The notes beneath the pieces are model-generated. The model ran no database searches and was not told where the DNA came from. It worked only from the letters and a program-made list of their open reading frames with translations. A DNA stretch of 64,000 nt from Spirochaetia bacterium (lineage in GTDB: Bacteria > Spirochaetota > Spirochaetia > SZUA-6 > Bin103): contig CBDBDQ010000005.1 in the NCBI GenBank assembly GCA_965203905.1, positions 7,200,001 to 7,264,000 of the forward strand, written 5' to 3'. Below, piece by piece: positions 39,564 to 49,754 of the stretch. Numbering within the stretch: position 1 is the first letter of the stretch; each line of letters begins with the position of its first letter. Position numbers and translations under genes: made by a program.

Positions 39564-40925
39564 CTACGAGCCCGCGTACGCGTCCAACTCGCCCTCCTGA
39601 AACGAGACCTCCAGCCACGGGTCGCGGGTCTCCCGGCGAAACTCCAGCAACCTCGCGCGCATCTTCGTCGCCACCGCCGCCAACGAAGGCTCGGCGATCA
39701 GGTTGCGGGTCTCGTCGGGGTCGGCCTCCATGTCGAACAGCGCCTCGCGGTCCTGCTGCAGAAAGCCCGCGCGCGGCCGCCGGCCCAGCATGTCGATCTC
39801 CTCGTCTCGCACCGCGGTCCAGGTGAGCGAGCGGAACAGGTCGCTCGGCAGCGGCGTCTCGAGCCGGTGCGCCAGGTTGCGCACGTACTTGTAGCGGCGT
39901 CCGCGCAGCGCCCGGTAGGGGTAGTAGTTGGTGACCTCGTGGAAGCAGTGGGAGAAGAAGGTTTCCTCCCAGATTCCATCTCCGGGATGGGGAGTGTCAT
40001 CTTCCAGGATCGGCAGCAGCGAACGGCCCGGCAGTGCCACGTCTCCCTGCGGCTGCTCCGCCCCGCACCACTCCAGGATGGTGGGCATGAAGTCGACCCA
40101 GCTCATCAGCGCCCGGCTGTGGATGCCGCCCCGGCGCTGCTGCGGATCGCACACGATCAGCGGGCAGCGATGGCCGCTGTCGAAGCTGGAGGCCTTGGCG
40201 CCGGGGAACGGCATGGCGTGGTCGGTGGTGACGAAGATCAGCGTCTCCCCGGCACGGCCCGACGCTTCCAGCGCCGCCACCACCGCGCCCACCACCTGGT
40301 CGTAGCGCGACACGCTCTCGTAGTACTCCGCCAGGTCGCGGCGCACCCGCGGCACGTCGGGCAGGAACCCGGGCACGATCACTTCCTCGGGGTCGTAGGG
40401 CGCGGGCGTGATGCCGGCGTGCATCCGCTCGTTGCCGAAGCCACGCCCGGCGCGATGCGGATACGCCGAGCCGACGTGCAGGTAGAAGGGCTGCTTCGCG
40501 TGCCCGCTCAGGAACGCCGTCACCTTCGCCGCCATGTCGTCCGGACTGCGGAGGTCGACCTGCGGCTCGTAGTCGAACGGATAGACGCTCGCCGGCTCCA
40601 CGTGCTTCTTGCCGATGCAGGCGGTCGCGTACCCGTTGGCCCGCAGGATCGCAGGCGTCGACTGCATCCACTCGTGGGTGCGGAACCCGTGGATGCCGTG
40701 GCAGTGCCCGTACTGGCCGTGGGTGTGGCTGTGCTGGCCGGTCAGGATGCAGGCGCGGCTCACCGCGCACGACGGGCTGGTGCAGAACGCGTAGTCGAAC
40801 ACCGTCCCGCGCGCCGCGAGCGCGTCGATGTGCGGCGTCCTGATCACCTCGTTGCCGTAGCAGCGCGCCAGCCGGCTCCAGTCGTCGGCGATGACGAACA
40901 GCACGCTGCGGCGGCGGTCACTCAC
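39564..40925 (-). CDS. Formylglycine-dependent sulfatase (sulfamidase-like)
   Basis: IADD, SPSCAVSR, LTG, GKKH, TDHAMPFPGAK, E.LFD...DPDE. Confidence 0.88.
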   Translation of the reverse strand: MSDRRRSVLFVIADDWSRLARCYGNEVIRTPHIDALAARGTVFDYAFCTSPSCAVSRACILTGQHSHTHGQYGHCHGIHGFRTHEWMQSTPAILRANGYATACIGKKHVEPASVYPFDYEPQVDLRSPDDMAAKVTAFLSGHAKQPFYLHVGSAYPHRAGRGFGNERMHAGITPAPYDPEEVIVPGFLPDVPRVRRDLAEYYESVSRYDQVVGAVVAALEASGRAGETLIFVTTDHAMPFPGAKASSFDSGHRCPLIVCDPQQRRGGIHSRALMSWVDFMPTILEWCGAEQPQGDVALPGRSLLPILEDDTPHPGDGIWEETFFSHCFHEVTNYYPYRALRGRRYKYVRNLAHRLETPLPSDLFRSLTWTAVRDEEIDMLGRRPRAGFLQQDREALFDMEADPDETRNLIAEPSLAAVATKMRARLLEFRRETRDPWLEVSFQEGELDAYAGS

Positions 40926-40944
40926 CGGCGTGGGATCGGGGCAA

Positions 40945-41847
40945 TCAGCGCCGCGCCTCCTCCAGCGCCAGCTTCTGCGGGTAGGTGTGGAACTCCAGCG
41001 GGCGCCGGCGCGGGGGATGTCCCATCGGCCATCCGTCGGCGCCGAGGAACTCGGCGAACTGGTGCGACTTGCCGCACAGCCAGTAGAACATCTCGGCGAT
41101 GTCGTGCCAGTCGCGCAACTGCTCCGGCACCGGCGGCCTCCTGCCCCGGTAGTGGGTGTTCTCCAGGTCGTTCAGGTCGTCGAGGTTGAAATCGGGTTCG
41201 ACGATCCAGTCGCGCTCGGGCGGCGCCATGCGCCAGTAGAGGTACTTGAGCATGTTTCTGAGCCCCGGCGCGGTGGAGGGCGGCCTGCGGTGCCAGATCG
41301 AGTACACGGTGATGAAGATCGATCCCGCGGGCGCGGCCGTGTGCACGGCCCAGTTGATGCTGCGGTAGTGGCCCATGAACTTGACCAGGTTGAACAGGAA
41401 GTGGGACCCGGGCAGCACCTCGGTCGGTCCCAGCTCCAGCGGCGTGTCCTGCGGATAGTAGAACACCTGCAGGTGGTTCAGCGCGTGGCCGTGGCGCGAG
41501 CAGCCGTCGCGATGCCAGCCCTGCGCCGGATGCGGCGACCTGGCCTGGTGGTTGAACATCCAGGTGGGCAGCACCGGGTTCTTTCCCAGCAGCGAGCGCA
41601 CCGCGCCGGCGGCCTGCGGATTGAGCAGCACCCCTTCCACGAACCACGGCTCGCGCAGCAGGCCGTCATCCTCGAACGCGCCGCCGTCGTCGTTCGCGTA
41701 GGGGTGGGCGGCGATGTACTCCGACACCCGGCGGTTGATCGAATCCGGCACCACCCCTTCCAGCATCAGGTAGCCCTGCTTGCAGAACTCCAGCACCTGG
41801 GTGTCGTTCAAGGTCGGTGCCACATCGGGCATCCTCGGTGCGCTCAT
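40945..41847 (-). CDS. PhyH-family dioxygenase (PTLND subfamily, copy B)
   Basis: PTLNDTQV..GYLMLEGVV, QGWHRDG, FYYPQ, GPTEVLPGSH, YSIWH. Confidence 0.85.
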   Translation of the reverse strand: MSAPRMPDVAPTLNDTQVLEFCKQGYLMLEGVVPDSINRRVSEYIAAHPYANDDGGAFEDDGLLREPWFVEGVLLNPQAAGAVRSLLGKNPVLPTWMFNHQARSPHPAQGWHRDGCSRHGHALNHLQVFYYPQDTPLELGPTEVLPGSHFLFNLVKFMGHYRSINWAVHTAAPAGSIFITVYSIWHRRPPSTAPGLRNMLKYLYWRMAPPERDWIVEPDFNLDDLNDLENTHYRGRRPPVPEQLRDWHDIAEMFYWLCGKSHQFAEFLGADGWPMGHPPRRRPLEFHTYPQKLALEEARR

Positions 41848-41854
41848 TGCGCCG

Positions 41855-42235
41855 TTACCCCCATCTCTCAAGGATGAACTCGCAGCCCAGGCCGTAGGTG
41901 CGCGACTCATCGAGCATCAAGGCCATGTTGGGAAACTGAATCACCCGCCAGCCGTCGCGAATCGCCTCCAGCGGCGACTGGTAGGGCCAGTCCTCCACCT
42001 CGGGCGGCCCCTCCAGGATCTCGCCGTCGCGAACCAGCGCCATGCCGTGCACCGGCGACCCCAGCGACGAGCCCTGTGTCTGCAGGTACAGCAGGTCCTG
42101 CCGCTTCGCACCGCCGCGCGCCAGCTCTTCCAGCGTGTTCCTGAGCTTCTCTTCAGTCAGCTCGCCGTTTCTGAACTGCTCCAGGCAATCTCGGATGACG
42201 CCCCGGCCGGCGGCCGCTACTGGACCCGCTGCCAT
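41855..42235 (-). CDS. Small uncharacterised protein (PY.S.L.A.RDGWR..QFP family, copy B)
   Basis: C-terminal half of track ORF 41855..42598; homologous to 27763..28185. Confidence 0.75.
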   Translation of the reverse strand: MAAGPVAAAGRGVIRDCLEQFRNGELTEEKLRNTLEELARGGAKRQDLLYLQTQGSSLGSPVHGMALVRDGEILEGPPEVEDWPYQSPLEAIRDGWRVIQFPNMALMLDESRTYGLGCEFILERWG

Positions 42236-42615
42236 CCTTCCGCCTCCTGCTTGGTGGACCCCGACGGCGGCGGGCCGAAGGCGTAGAAGTAGCACAGCTC
42301 CTCGGCGCCGTCGTTGAACGACTGGTGGGTGACCCCCGCCGGGATGTACACCGTCATTCCCTGCGCCACCCGGAACTCCTCGCCGTCCATCACCAGCCGG
42401 CCCGAGCCGCTGACCACGTAGTAGATCTCCTCGGCGTCGGGATGGATGTCGGCCACGGTTTCGTGTCCCGGCGCCAGCCAGAACAGCCCGGCAGAGAGGT
42501 GCTCGGCCCCGCAGTGCTCCCTGCTCACCAGCAGGCTCACCTTGCGCGACAGGTTGGGGGCCTGCCAGATCGGCTGCTCGCCCTGGTCGATGACCCATTC
42601 CGGATGCTTGTTCAT
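42217..42615 (-). CDS. Cupin domain protein
   Basis: DIHPDAEEIYYVVSGSG, YIPAGVTH; GGAGGT RBS. Confidence 0.85.
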   Translation of the reverse strand: MNKHPEWVIDQGEQPIWQAPNLSRKVSLLVSREHCGAEHLSAGLFWLAPGHETVADIHPDAEEIYYVVSGSGRLVMDGEEFRVAQGMTVYIPAGVTHQSFNDGAEELCYFYAFGPPPSGSTKQEAEGWQRVQ

Positions 42616-42638
42616 GACACCTCCCAGTGTGTGCCCGG

Positions 42639-43391
42639 TCATACTAATACGAATCCTCCGTTGACGTGGAACGTGGCGCCGGTGACGTAGGTGGCACGGT
42701 CGGACACCAGGTACAGCACCGCGTCCGCCAGCTCGCGCGGCGTGCCCTGCCGGTCGAGGAACGAGATCTTGGCGAAGTCGCGCTTCACCTCCGGCCCGAA
42801 GCTGTCGGTGATCGGCGTGTCGATGCTGCCGGGCGCGATGGCGTTGGCCAGGATGCCGTCGGCGGCGAAGTTGCGCGCCACGTACTTCATCAGGGCGAGC
42901 ATCCCCGCCTTGCTGGCGCCGTAGCCGGCCTGGGCCGTGACGCTGCCGAGCACGGCGCCGGCGGAGGAGATGTAGACGATGCGGCCGAACCGCTGCGCGC
43001 GCATGTGCGGCAGCACCGCCCGCGTGCACAGGAAGGCGCCGGTGAGGTTGACCCCCAGCACCTGGTTCCAGCGCTCCAGGGTGGTCTCCTCCCACGGCGT
43101 GGTGGGACAGATGCCGGCGTTGTTCACCAGGATGTCCACCGTGCCGAAGCGCTCCACCGTGGCCGCGACCATTGCCTCCACCTGTTTCTCCAGGGCCACG
43201 TCGACAGCCACGAACAGGCCCTGCGTCCGGGTCCGCGACTGCACCAGGGAGACTGTCCGCTCGCCGCCGGCCGCGTCCAGGTCGGCCACCACCACGCCCG
43301 CGGCACCCGCTTCCGCCAGCACCTCCGCGGTGGCCCGGCCGATGCCGGACGCCGCCCCCGTCACGATCGCTACCTTGCCCGATATGTCCAC
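42639..43391 (-). CDS. SDR-family oxidoreductase (FabG-like)
   Basis: TGAASGIG, NNAG, YGASK, NAIAPG, VNGG. Confidence 0.92.
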   Translation of the reverse strand: MDISGKVAIVTGAASGIGRATAEVLAEAGAAGVVVADLDAAGGERTVSLVQSRTRTQGLFVAVDVALEKQVEAMVAATVERFGTVDILVNNAGICPTTPWEETTLERWNQVLGVNLTGAFLCTRAVLPHMRAQRFGRIVYISSAGAVLGSVTAQAGYGASKAGMLALMKYVARNFAADGILANAIAPGSIDTPITDSFGPEVKRDFAKISFLDRQGTPRELADAVLYLVSDRATYVTGATFHVNGGFVLV

Positions 43392-43448
43392 CCCGTCCCC
43401 CTTGTGGCGCTCTACGACTCGACCATGTAACGGACCCCCGGACTTCAG

Positions 43449-43480
43449 GCGGGGCGCCGGCCCCGTGACCGGCGCCCCGC
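43449..43480. terminator. GC-rich stem-loop downstream of the SBP gene
   Basis: GCGGGGCGCCGG-N8-CCGGCGCCCCGC, 12-bp inverted repeat, no U-tract. Confidence 0.5.
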
Positions 43481-43489
43481 TCTAGTGAC

Positions 43490-45463
43490 CTACGAATCGA
43501 AGAACCACTGCTCCGCGCTGAAGGTGATGGCGGCGCCCGAGCCGCCGTGCGGGATGTTCGCCAGCCGGGTGGACGCCAGCATCGGCCAGGTCTCGTCCTC
43601 CACCACGTTGATGAACCACAGGTTGTCCTTTATCAGCCCGAACATCTCGTCGACGATCGCCGTGTCTTCCGGCGTGCCGGGCTTCACCAGCATCATCTCC
43701 TCGCGCAGCTTGTAGAGCCGCTGCACGCCGGCGGGCGGTTCCTCGCCCTCGGCGCCGCCGGTGGTGTACCACTTCTGCCAGGCGTTGCCCCAGCCGCGGC
43801 TGCCGGGCAGCAGGTCGTCGAACACCGGGATCGACCACATCACCCCGTGGTTGCGGTTCACCGTGGCCTTGATCTCGCTGGCGCTCTTCCGCTGTCCCCA
43901 GAGGCCGCCGTCGATCGTCTTGGTGGTGGCCTGCAGCCCCACCTCGCGCAGGTGCTCGACGATCAGCTCCGCCACCAGCGGCTCGTCGCCCAGGTAGGAG
44001 GAACTCTCGAACGGAATCTGGAACACGTTGCCGTCGGGTCCCAGGCGCCAGCCGTCGGCGTCGCGCTGGTCCAGGCCCACGGCGTCCAGCAGCTCATTGG
44101 CCCGCTCCTGGTCGTACTCGGCCGGCGCAAACACCTTCGGCTTGCCGACCAGCCCGATATACACCGAGTCGATGATCTCGTCGCGGTTGATTGCCAGGTT
44201 CAGCGCCTGCCGGAAGCGGAGCTCGCTCACCAGTTGACGCCACACCGGATCGGCATGGGTGTGGTTGAGCCACACCGTCGCATAGTGGAAGTGCACCGGC
44301 GTGAGCAGGGTGCGGTAGCCGCCCTTGCTCTCGTTCTCCTTGTACAGCGGCACGTCCTTGAGCACCGAACCGTCCAGGAAGAAGTCGAGGTCGCCCGCCA
44401 TCATGCGAATCGCGTTGTTCTGGGCGTTGGAGACGAACACCATCTGGTGCTTGTCGATGTAGGGAAGCTGCTGGCCCTCGGTGTCCACCTTGAAGTAGTA
44501 GGGGTTGCGTTCCAGCATCGACACCGTCTCCTGCACGTCGGTGACGATCCAGGGGTTGAGCACCGGGAAGCCGACCCGCTCCGGCGGGAACTGCTCCCAG
44601 CGGATGATGTCCTTGGCGTGGAACAGGTTCCACCACTCGCCCGCGGCCAGCGACCGCTCCTGGATCATGTCCTCCAGGTCGGCCAGCGGGGTGTAGTCGG
44701 CGTGGAACTGCGTCAGGTAGTGCTTGGGCTTGATCAGCTCCTCGTAGCCGCGCCAGCCGTCGATGGCAAGCTGCACCAGGAAGCGCCCGTAGGGCTGGGT
44801 GAAGCTGATCCTGAAGGTGTGGTCGTCGATCACTTCGAATGTCATCGGCTGGCCGTCGGCGGCGCCGCTGTCGCGCAGCCAGCGCGGAAAGCTGGGCGTC
44901 AGCTTCTCGTTGAGCAGCACGTCCTCGTAGGCGAACAGCACGTCATCCATCGTCACCGGCACGCCGTCGGACCACTTCAGCCCCTTGCGCAGACGCAGCG
45001 TGAAGACCCGGTCGCCATCGCTCACCTCGAAGCTCTCCAGCACGTTGCCCGTCATGTTGCCCAGCTCTTCGTGAATGATGTTTCCCGACGAGGTGAGCAG
45101 CGACTCGTTCTGGTTGTGGAACAGGATGCCGTCCCAGAACGGCGAGAAGTGGCCGTGCCTGAGCGTGCCGCCGTACTTCCCGACCTGCCAGTCCAGGTTG
45201 TAGGTGGGTATCAGGGTCCCCGGTCCCACCACCAGCGGCTCGTCGGGCAGCCGCTCGTCCACCGGCGGCAACTCACCGCTCGCCACCAGGGCATCGAGCA
45301 TCGGCGACTGGCGGTACATCCCCATCGCCATCGCCTCGGTGTCACTTGCGGCCTCCGCACCCGCACCCTCGTCGGCGGCTCCGGCGAACAGCGCCGCGGG
45401 AACCAGCAACGCTGCCAGCAACGCCACGACTACCAATTGCGAACGTCTTGCGTCCTTCAACAC
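43490..45463 (-). CDS. ABC transporter substrate-binding protein, family 5
   Basis: Signal peptide, LPPVDERLP, GKYGG, KWSDGVPVT, ERNPYYFKVD..QLPYID. Confidence 0.9.
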   Translation of the reverse strand: MLKDARRSQLVVVALLAALLVPAALFAGAADEGAGAEAASDTEAMAMGMYRQSPMLDALVASGELPPVDERLPDEPLVVGPGTLIPTYNLDWQVGKYGGTLRHGHFSPFWDGILFHNQNESLLTSSGNIIHEELGNMTGNVLESFEVSDGDRVFTLRLRKGLKWSDGVPVTMDDVLFAYEDVLLNEKLTPSFPRWLRDSGAADGQPMTFEVIDDHTFRISFTQPYGRFLVQLAIDGWRGYEELIKPKHYLTQFHADYTPLADLEDMIQERSLAAGEWWNLFHAKDIIRWEQFPPERVGFPVLNPWIVTDVQETVSMLERNPYYFKVDTEGQQLPYIDKHQMVFVSNAQNNAIRMMAGDLDFFLDGSVLKDVPLYKENESKGGYRTLLTPVHFHYATVWLNHTHADPVWRQLVSELRFRQALNLAINRDEIIDSVYIGLVGKPKVFAPAEYDQERANELLDAVGLDQRDADGWRLGPDGNVFQIPFESSSYLGDEPLVAELIVEHLREVGLQATTKTIDGGLWGQRKSASEIKATVNRNHGVMWSIPVFDDLLPGSRGWGNAWQKWYTTGGAEGEEPPAGVQRLYKLREEMMLVKPGTPEDTAIVDEMFGLIKDNLWFINVVEDETWPMLASTRLANIPHGGSGAAITFSAEQWFFDS

Positions 45464-45517
45464 TTGTGTAACCTCCCATCGAGACCGTCCAATCACGGTC
45501 ACGGTCCGTATCGAAAC

Positions 45518-46648
45518 CTACTGAGAGTAGGGGTCGGCCGCGTCGCGCAGCCCGTCCCCCAGAAAGTTGAACATCAACACGGTGATTATCACGAACAGCA
45601 CCGGTATCAGCAACCAGGCGCTGTGCGCTATCGCCTGCACGTCCTGCGCATCCTGCAGCAACACGCCCCAGCTTACGGCCGGCGGCAGCATGCCGATGCC
45701 GATGAAGCTGAGCGCCGTCTCGCCGAGGATCATGTTCGGTATCGCAAGGGTCAGCGAGACGATGATGTAGCTCAGGAACGACGGCACCAGGTGCTTGGCG
45801 ATGATCACACCCTCGCCGGTGCCCGCGAGTTTCGCCGCCGTGACGAAGTCCTCGCCGCGCACTGAAAGAAACTTGCCCCGCACCACGCGCGCCAGGCTGG
45901 TCCAGCCGATGATCGACAGGATCATCGTGATCGCGAAGTAGGTCTTCGGTATCGACCAGTTCTGCGGCAGCGCGGCGGCCAGCACCATCCACAAGGGAAT
46001 CGTCGGGATCGAGATCAGCACGTCGATGATGCGTTGCACGACGTTGTCGACCAGGCCGCCGAAGTAGCCGGAGATACCACCCAGCAGCACGCCCAGGAAC
46101 AGGCTCAGCGCCACGCCCACCAGGCCGATGGTGAGCGAGATGCGGGCGCCATACACGACCCGTGAGAACAGGTCCCTTCCCAGGTGGTCGGTGCCGAACA
46201 GGAACACCTGGCCGCCGGGTGCCCCGAACAGGTGCAGATCGCCGCGAATCAGGCCCCAGAACTTGTACTCCGAGCCGCGTACGAAGAGTCGGATCGGGTA
46301 ACGCTCCGTGTGCTCCTCGACGAAGTGGCGGCGGAACGTCTCCGGGTCCCGCTCGCGCCGGTAGCCGTACACGAAGGGCCGCTGCAACCCGCCTTCCGGA
46401 GCGACGAAATGAATGCTGTGGGGCGGCGCCTGCAGCAGCTCCGCGAACCGCTCGCGCGCGGTGTAGGGTGCGATGAACTCCGAGAAAATCGCCAGCAGGT
46501 AGAGCACGCCGAGCACCGGCGCGGCGATCACCGCGAGCTTGTGCCGGCGGAAGCTCCACCAGATCAACTGCCACTGCGAGGCGGAGAAACGGCGGTCGGT
46601 GTCGGCCGGGCTCTCCGTCGCGGCAGGCGCGGCGGCGCGTTGCGTCAC
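45518..46648 (-). CDS. ABC transporter permease (DppC/OppC-like)
   Basis: [36 protein letters not shown]; start overlaps stop of upstream permease. Confidence 0.9.
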   Translation of the reverse strand: MTQRAAAPAATESPADTDRRFSASQWQLIWWSFRRHKLAVIAAPVLGVLYLLAIFSEFIAPYTARERFAELLQAPPHSIHFVAPEGGLQRPFVYGYRRERDPETFRRHFVEEHTERYPIRLFVRGSEYKFWGLIRGDLHLFGAPGGQVFLFGTDHLGRDLFSRVVYGARISLTIGLVGVALSLFLGVLLGGISGYFGGLVDNVVQRIIDVLISIPTIPLWMVLAAALPQNWSIPKTYFAITMILSIIGWTSLARVVRGKFLSVRGEDFVTAAKLAGTGEGVIIAKHLVPSFLSYIIVSLTLAIPNMILGETALSFIGIGMLPPAVSWGVLLQDAQDVQAIAHSAWLLIPVLFVIITVLMFNFLGDGLRDAADPYSQ

Positions 46649-47646
46649 GTCTCGGACACCTGTTCGAAGCGGATGCGGGGATCGATCCAGGCCAGCATAA
46701 CGTCCGATATCAGGGTGCCGGTCACCACCAGCGTGCTGAGGATGATCACGAAGCTCCCGGCCAGGTACATGTCCTGGAACAGCAAGGCGCGCAGCAGCAC
46801 CGGTCCGACGGTGGGAATGTCCAGCACCAGCGAGATCAGCAGCTCGCCCGAGAACAGGAACGGCAGCAGCCAGCCGATGGTGCTGATGAGCGGGTTGACC
46901 GCCAGCCGCACCGGGTACTTGAACAGCAGGCGGCTTTCCTTGAGTCCCTTGGCACGGGCGGTGATCACGTACTGCTTGCTCAGCTCGTCGAGCAGCGTGC
47001 CGCGCATGATGCGGATCAGCGCCCCGGTGCCCGAGATCCCCAGCAGGATCATCGGCACCCACAGGTGGGCGAGCAGATCGAAGAACTTGCCCCAGCTCCA
47101 GGGCGCTCCCAGGTATTCGGAGGAGTGCAGCCCCGACACGTTGATCCCGAACTGCGAGAACAGGGTCCACACCACCAGCAGCGCCAGCAGGAATCCGGGC
47201 GTGGCGATGCCGATGAAACCGAGGAAGGTGAAGAAGTAGTCCGCGATCGAGTACTGGTGGGTGGCCGAGTAGATGCCGATCGGAATCGCCACCACCCAGA
47301 TGAACAGCACCGACAGCATGGTGATCACCACGGTGAACCAGACGCGCTGGCCGATCACCTCGCTCACCGGCCGGTTCCAGTTGAACGACCAGCCCAGGTC
47401 GCCGCGCAGGATGATGTTGCTGATCCACAACAGGTACTGGGAGTGCAGCGGCCGGTCCAGCCCGTACTGCTGGGTGAGGCGCGCGATCTCGTCGTCCGCC
47501 AGCTCGGTGCCGGAGGCGCGCAGGGTCTCGATCAGCGTAGTGAGGAAGTCGCCGGGGGGAAGCTGAATGAGAAGGAACGAAATGAGGGAGATGAACAGCA
47601 GCAGGGGTATGAGAATGGCGATACGGTTGGCTATGTAGCGCAGCAT
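46645..47646 (-). CDS. ABC transporter permease (DppB/OppB-like)
   Basis: QLPPGD, YGLD, YVITARAKGL, IDPRIR. Confidence 0.92.
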   Translation of the reverse strand: MLRYIANRIAILIPLLLFISLISFLLIQLPPGDFLTTLIETLRASGTELADDEIARLTQQYGLDRPLHSQYLLWISNIILRGDLGWSFNWNRPVSEVIGQRVWFTVVITMLSVLFIWVVAIPIGIYSATHQYSIADYFFTFLGFIGIATPGFLLALLVVWTLFSQFGINVSGLHSSEYLGAPWSWGKFFDLLAHLWVPMILLGISGTGALIRIMRGTLLDELSKQYVITARAKGLKESRLLFKYPVRLAVNPLISTIGWLLPFLFSGELLISLVLDIPTVGPVLLRALLFQDMYLAGSFVIILSTLVVTGTLISDVMLAWIDPRIRFEQVSET

Positions 47647-47755
47647 CTACGGTCCGAGCACCAGCATCGGAAAACAGTATGCCACTCCCCGCGGGCGGTC
47701 AACGTCGAGCCAACGACGGGTCGACAGGGACTTTGCCACGCATCGGGGAGCTATT

Positions 47756-48556
47756 TCATCGAGCTGCAGCGTGGCTCTCGCGGCGCTCGCGGCGCAGGAA
47801 CGGATCGTCATCCGGCCCGGTCCCGGCCGCCGCTCCCAGCGTGGTCCCAACCCGCTTCAGTACGACCGCGGTCGCCTCCGACAGCACCGGCTCGTTCAGC
47901 GCCCGGTGGATCTCGGCCGCCGTCCAGCCCGGAAACGCCCGGCTCACCGCCGCGCTGCGAAAGCGCCCGCCTTCCCGCAGGTGAATCGTCAGGCCGGGCC
48001 GGAGCGCCGCCGGACGGCTCGGCGCAGGCTGCTCCGGCACCTCGACCCACACCTCCGGAAAGCCCCACGACTCGTACAGCCGCAGCTTGCCGCGGCGCAC
48101 GTCGGTGGTGTTGTCCACCTCCAGCACCACCTCCGGCAACGCATCGGTGCCCACCTCGATCGCGTTGCCTGCCGGGATCGCCTGCGCCGGGAGCAGAAAC
48201 AGGATCTGGTCCGCCTGCACGATGCGCTGCCGCTCGCCACGGGCGTTGCGCACCACCAGGTCGGTGTGCCCGACCGCCTCGATCGGCGCCCCACGCGCCG
48301 CCGCGATCCGGTCGGCCAAGCGGGCCAGGCGCGAAGCCGGGAGCTCGTGGTAGTAGCTGACCGGCGGGTCGCAGATCATGGCTGTTTCGGTGTCGCCGTC
48401 CCAATACTCGAAGCGGACTTCGCCGTCGTGGACCTCGTCGATCGTATCCATCTCTTCGCGCGAGATGCGGACCGGGTGGCAGCCCGGAAACTCCAGCGCT
48501 TCCGGCCCACGGCGCTCCCCCGGCGGTGACAGAACGGTGACGATCGGGTCGGCCAT
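47756..48556 (-). CDS. Uma2/DUF820-family endonuclease
   Basis: QADQ, PEVVLEVD, KLRLYESWGFPEVW, SRAFPG. Confidence 0.8.
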   Translation of the reverse strand: MADPIVTVLSPPGERRGPEALEFPGCHPVRISREEMDTIDEVHDGEVRFEYWDGDTETAMICDPPVSYYHELPASRLARLADRIAAARGAPIEAVGHTDLVVRNARGERQRIVQADQILFLLPAQAIPAGNAIEVGTDALPEVVLEVDNTTDVRRGKLRLYESWGFPEVWVEVPEQPAPSRPAALRPGLTIHLREGGRFRSAAVSRAFPGWTAAEIHRALNEPVLSEATAVVLKRVGTTLGAAAGTGPDDDPFLRRERRESHAAAR

Positions 48557-48683
48557 CGAATCTATCCTTGCACGCGAGGCGTGCTCAGGACAATCAGGAG
48601 GAATGGTGGGAATGGGCGCAGGATGCGCTCGGCGACGCGATCCGCTACGGTAAGGCATCGCAAGCGAACGGAGGAGCAGCATC

Positions 48684-49754
48684 GTGGGAGCTTCGATGAT
48701 CGACGTGCAGGCGCTGGAGGCGTTCTGCATCGCCGCCATGACGCAGGCCGGCATCGGCCGCGAGGACGCCGAGCTGTCGGCGCGGGTGTTCGTGACCACC
48801 GACACCTGGGGCACGTTCACCCACGGCACGCGGCAGATCCGGGGGCTGATGAAGAATGCGCGCCGCGGCCGGCTGGCCGCCGCCGCCCGCGAGGAGACCG
48901 CCGGCGAGGGGGCGTCGTGGGCGATCATCGACGCCCGCCACGGCATGCCGCCGGCCATTTCCTGCCGCGGCGCCCTGCTGGCGGTGGAGAAGGCGCGCCG
49001 CACCGGCATGGCCTACGTCGGCATCCGCGGCAGCAGCCACTTCGGCGCCGCCGGCTACTACGCCAACCTGATCGCCGAGCAGGGCATGTTCGGGCTGGCG
49101 ATGTGCAACGTGGAGCCGTGCATGACGGTGCCGGGTGCGCGCAGCCGCATCCTGGGCACCAACCCGATCGCCTGGGCCGCGCCCACCGGCACCGGCCGCA
49201 GCATCATGCTCGACATCGCCACCAGCGCCGTCGCCGCCACCAAGATATTCGCCGCCAAGACCGAGGGCCGCAGCATCCCCGACACCTGGCTGGTGGACGA
49301 CGCCGGAGTTCCCACCACCGACCCCACCATCTACCCCGAGCAAGGCGCGCAGCTTCCTATGGCCGGCCACAAGGGCTACGGCCTGGCGGTGCTGGTCGAG
49401 ATCCTCACCGCGGTGCTGACCGGTTCCGCGATGATGGGCGAGGTGCACAGTTGGGTCGCGGACGATCCGGTGCCCCCCGACCAGGGACACGCCTTCCTGG
49501 CCCTGGACGTCGGCGCCATGATGCCGGCGGAGCGCTTTCACCAGCGCATGGCAGTCATGTGCGAGGCGATCAAGGGTGCGGACGCAGCCGCGGGCGGGAC
49601 CATCTACCTGCCCGGCGAGATGGAGTGGGAACGCCGCGAACAGGCACTGGCGGACGGCATCCCGCTGCCCCAGGACGTGCTGATCAGCCTGCGCGGACTG
49701 GCCGCCGACAGTGGCATCGATCCCGCCGCCTACGGTCTCGACCTCGGCGCATGA
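48684..49754 (+). CDS. Ldh_2-family (ComC/AllD-like) NAD(P)-dependent oxidoreductase
   Basis: THG, SHFGAAG, GTNPIA, LDIATS, GHKGYGLA, YLPGE. Confidence 0.9.
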   Translation: MGASMIDVQALEAFCIAAMTQAGIGREDAELSARVFVTTDTWGTFTHGTRQIRGLMKNARRGRLAAAAREETAGEGASWAIIDARHGMPPAISCRGALLAVEKARRTGMAYVGIRGSSHFGAAGYYANLIAEQGMFGLAMCNVEPCMTVPGARSRILGTNPIAWAAPTGTGRSIMLDIATSAVAATKIFAAKTEGRSIPDTWLVDDAGVPTTDPTIYPEQGAQLPMAGHKGYGLAVLVEILTAVLTGSAMMGEVHSWVADDPVPPDQGHAFLALDVGAMMPAERFHQRMAVMCEAIKGADAAAGGTIYLPGEMEWERREQALADGIPLPQDVLISLRGLAADSGIDPAAYGLDLGA

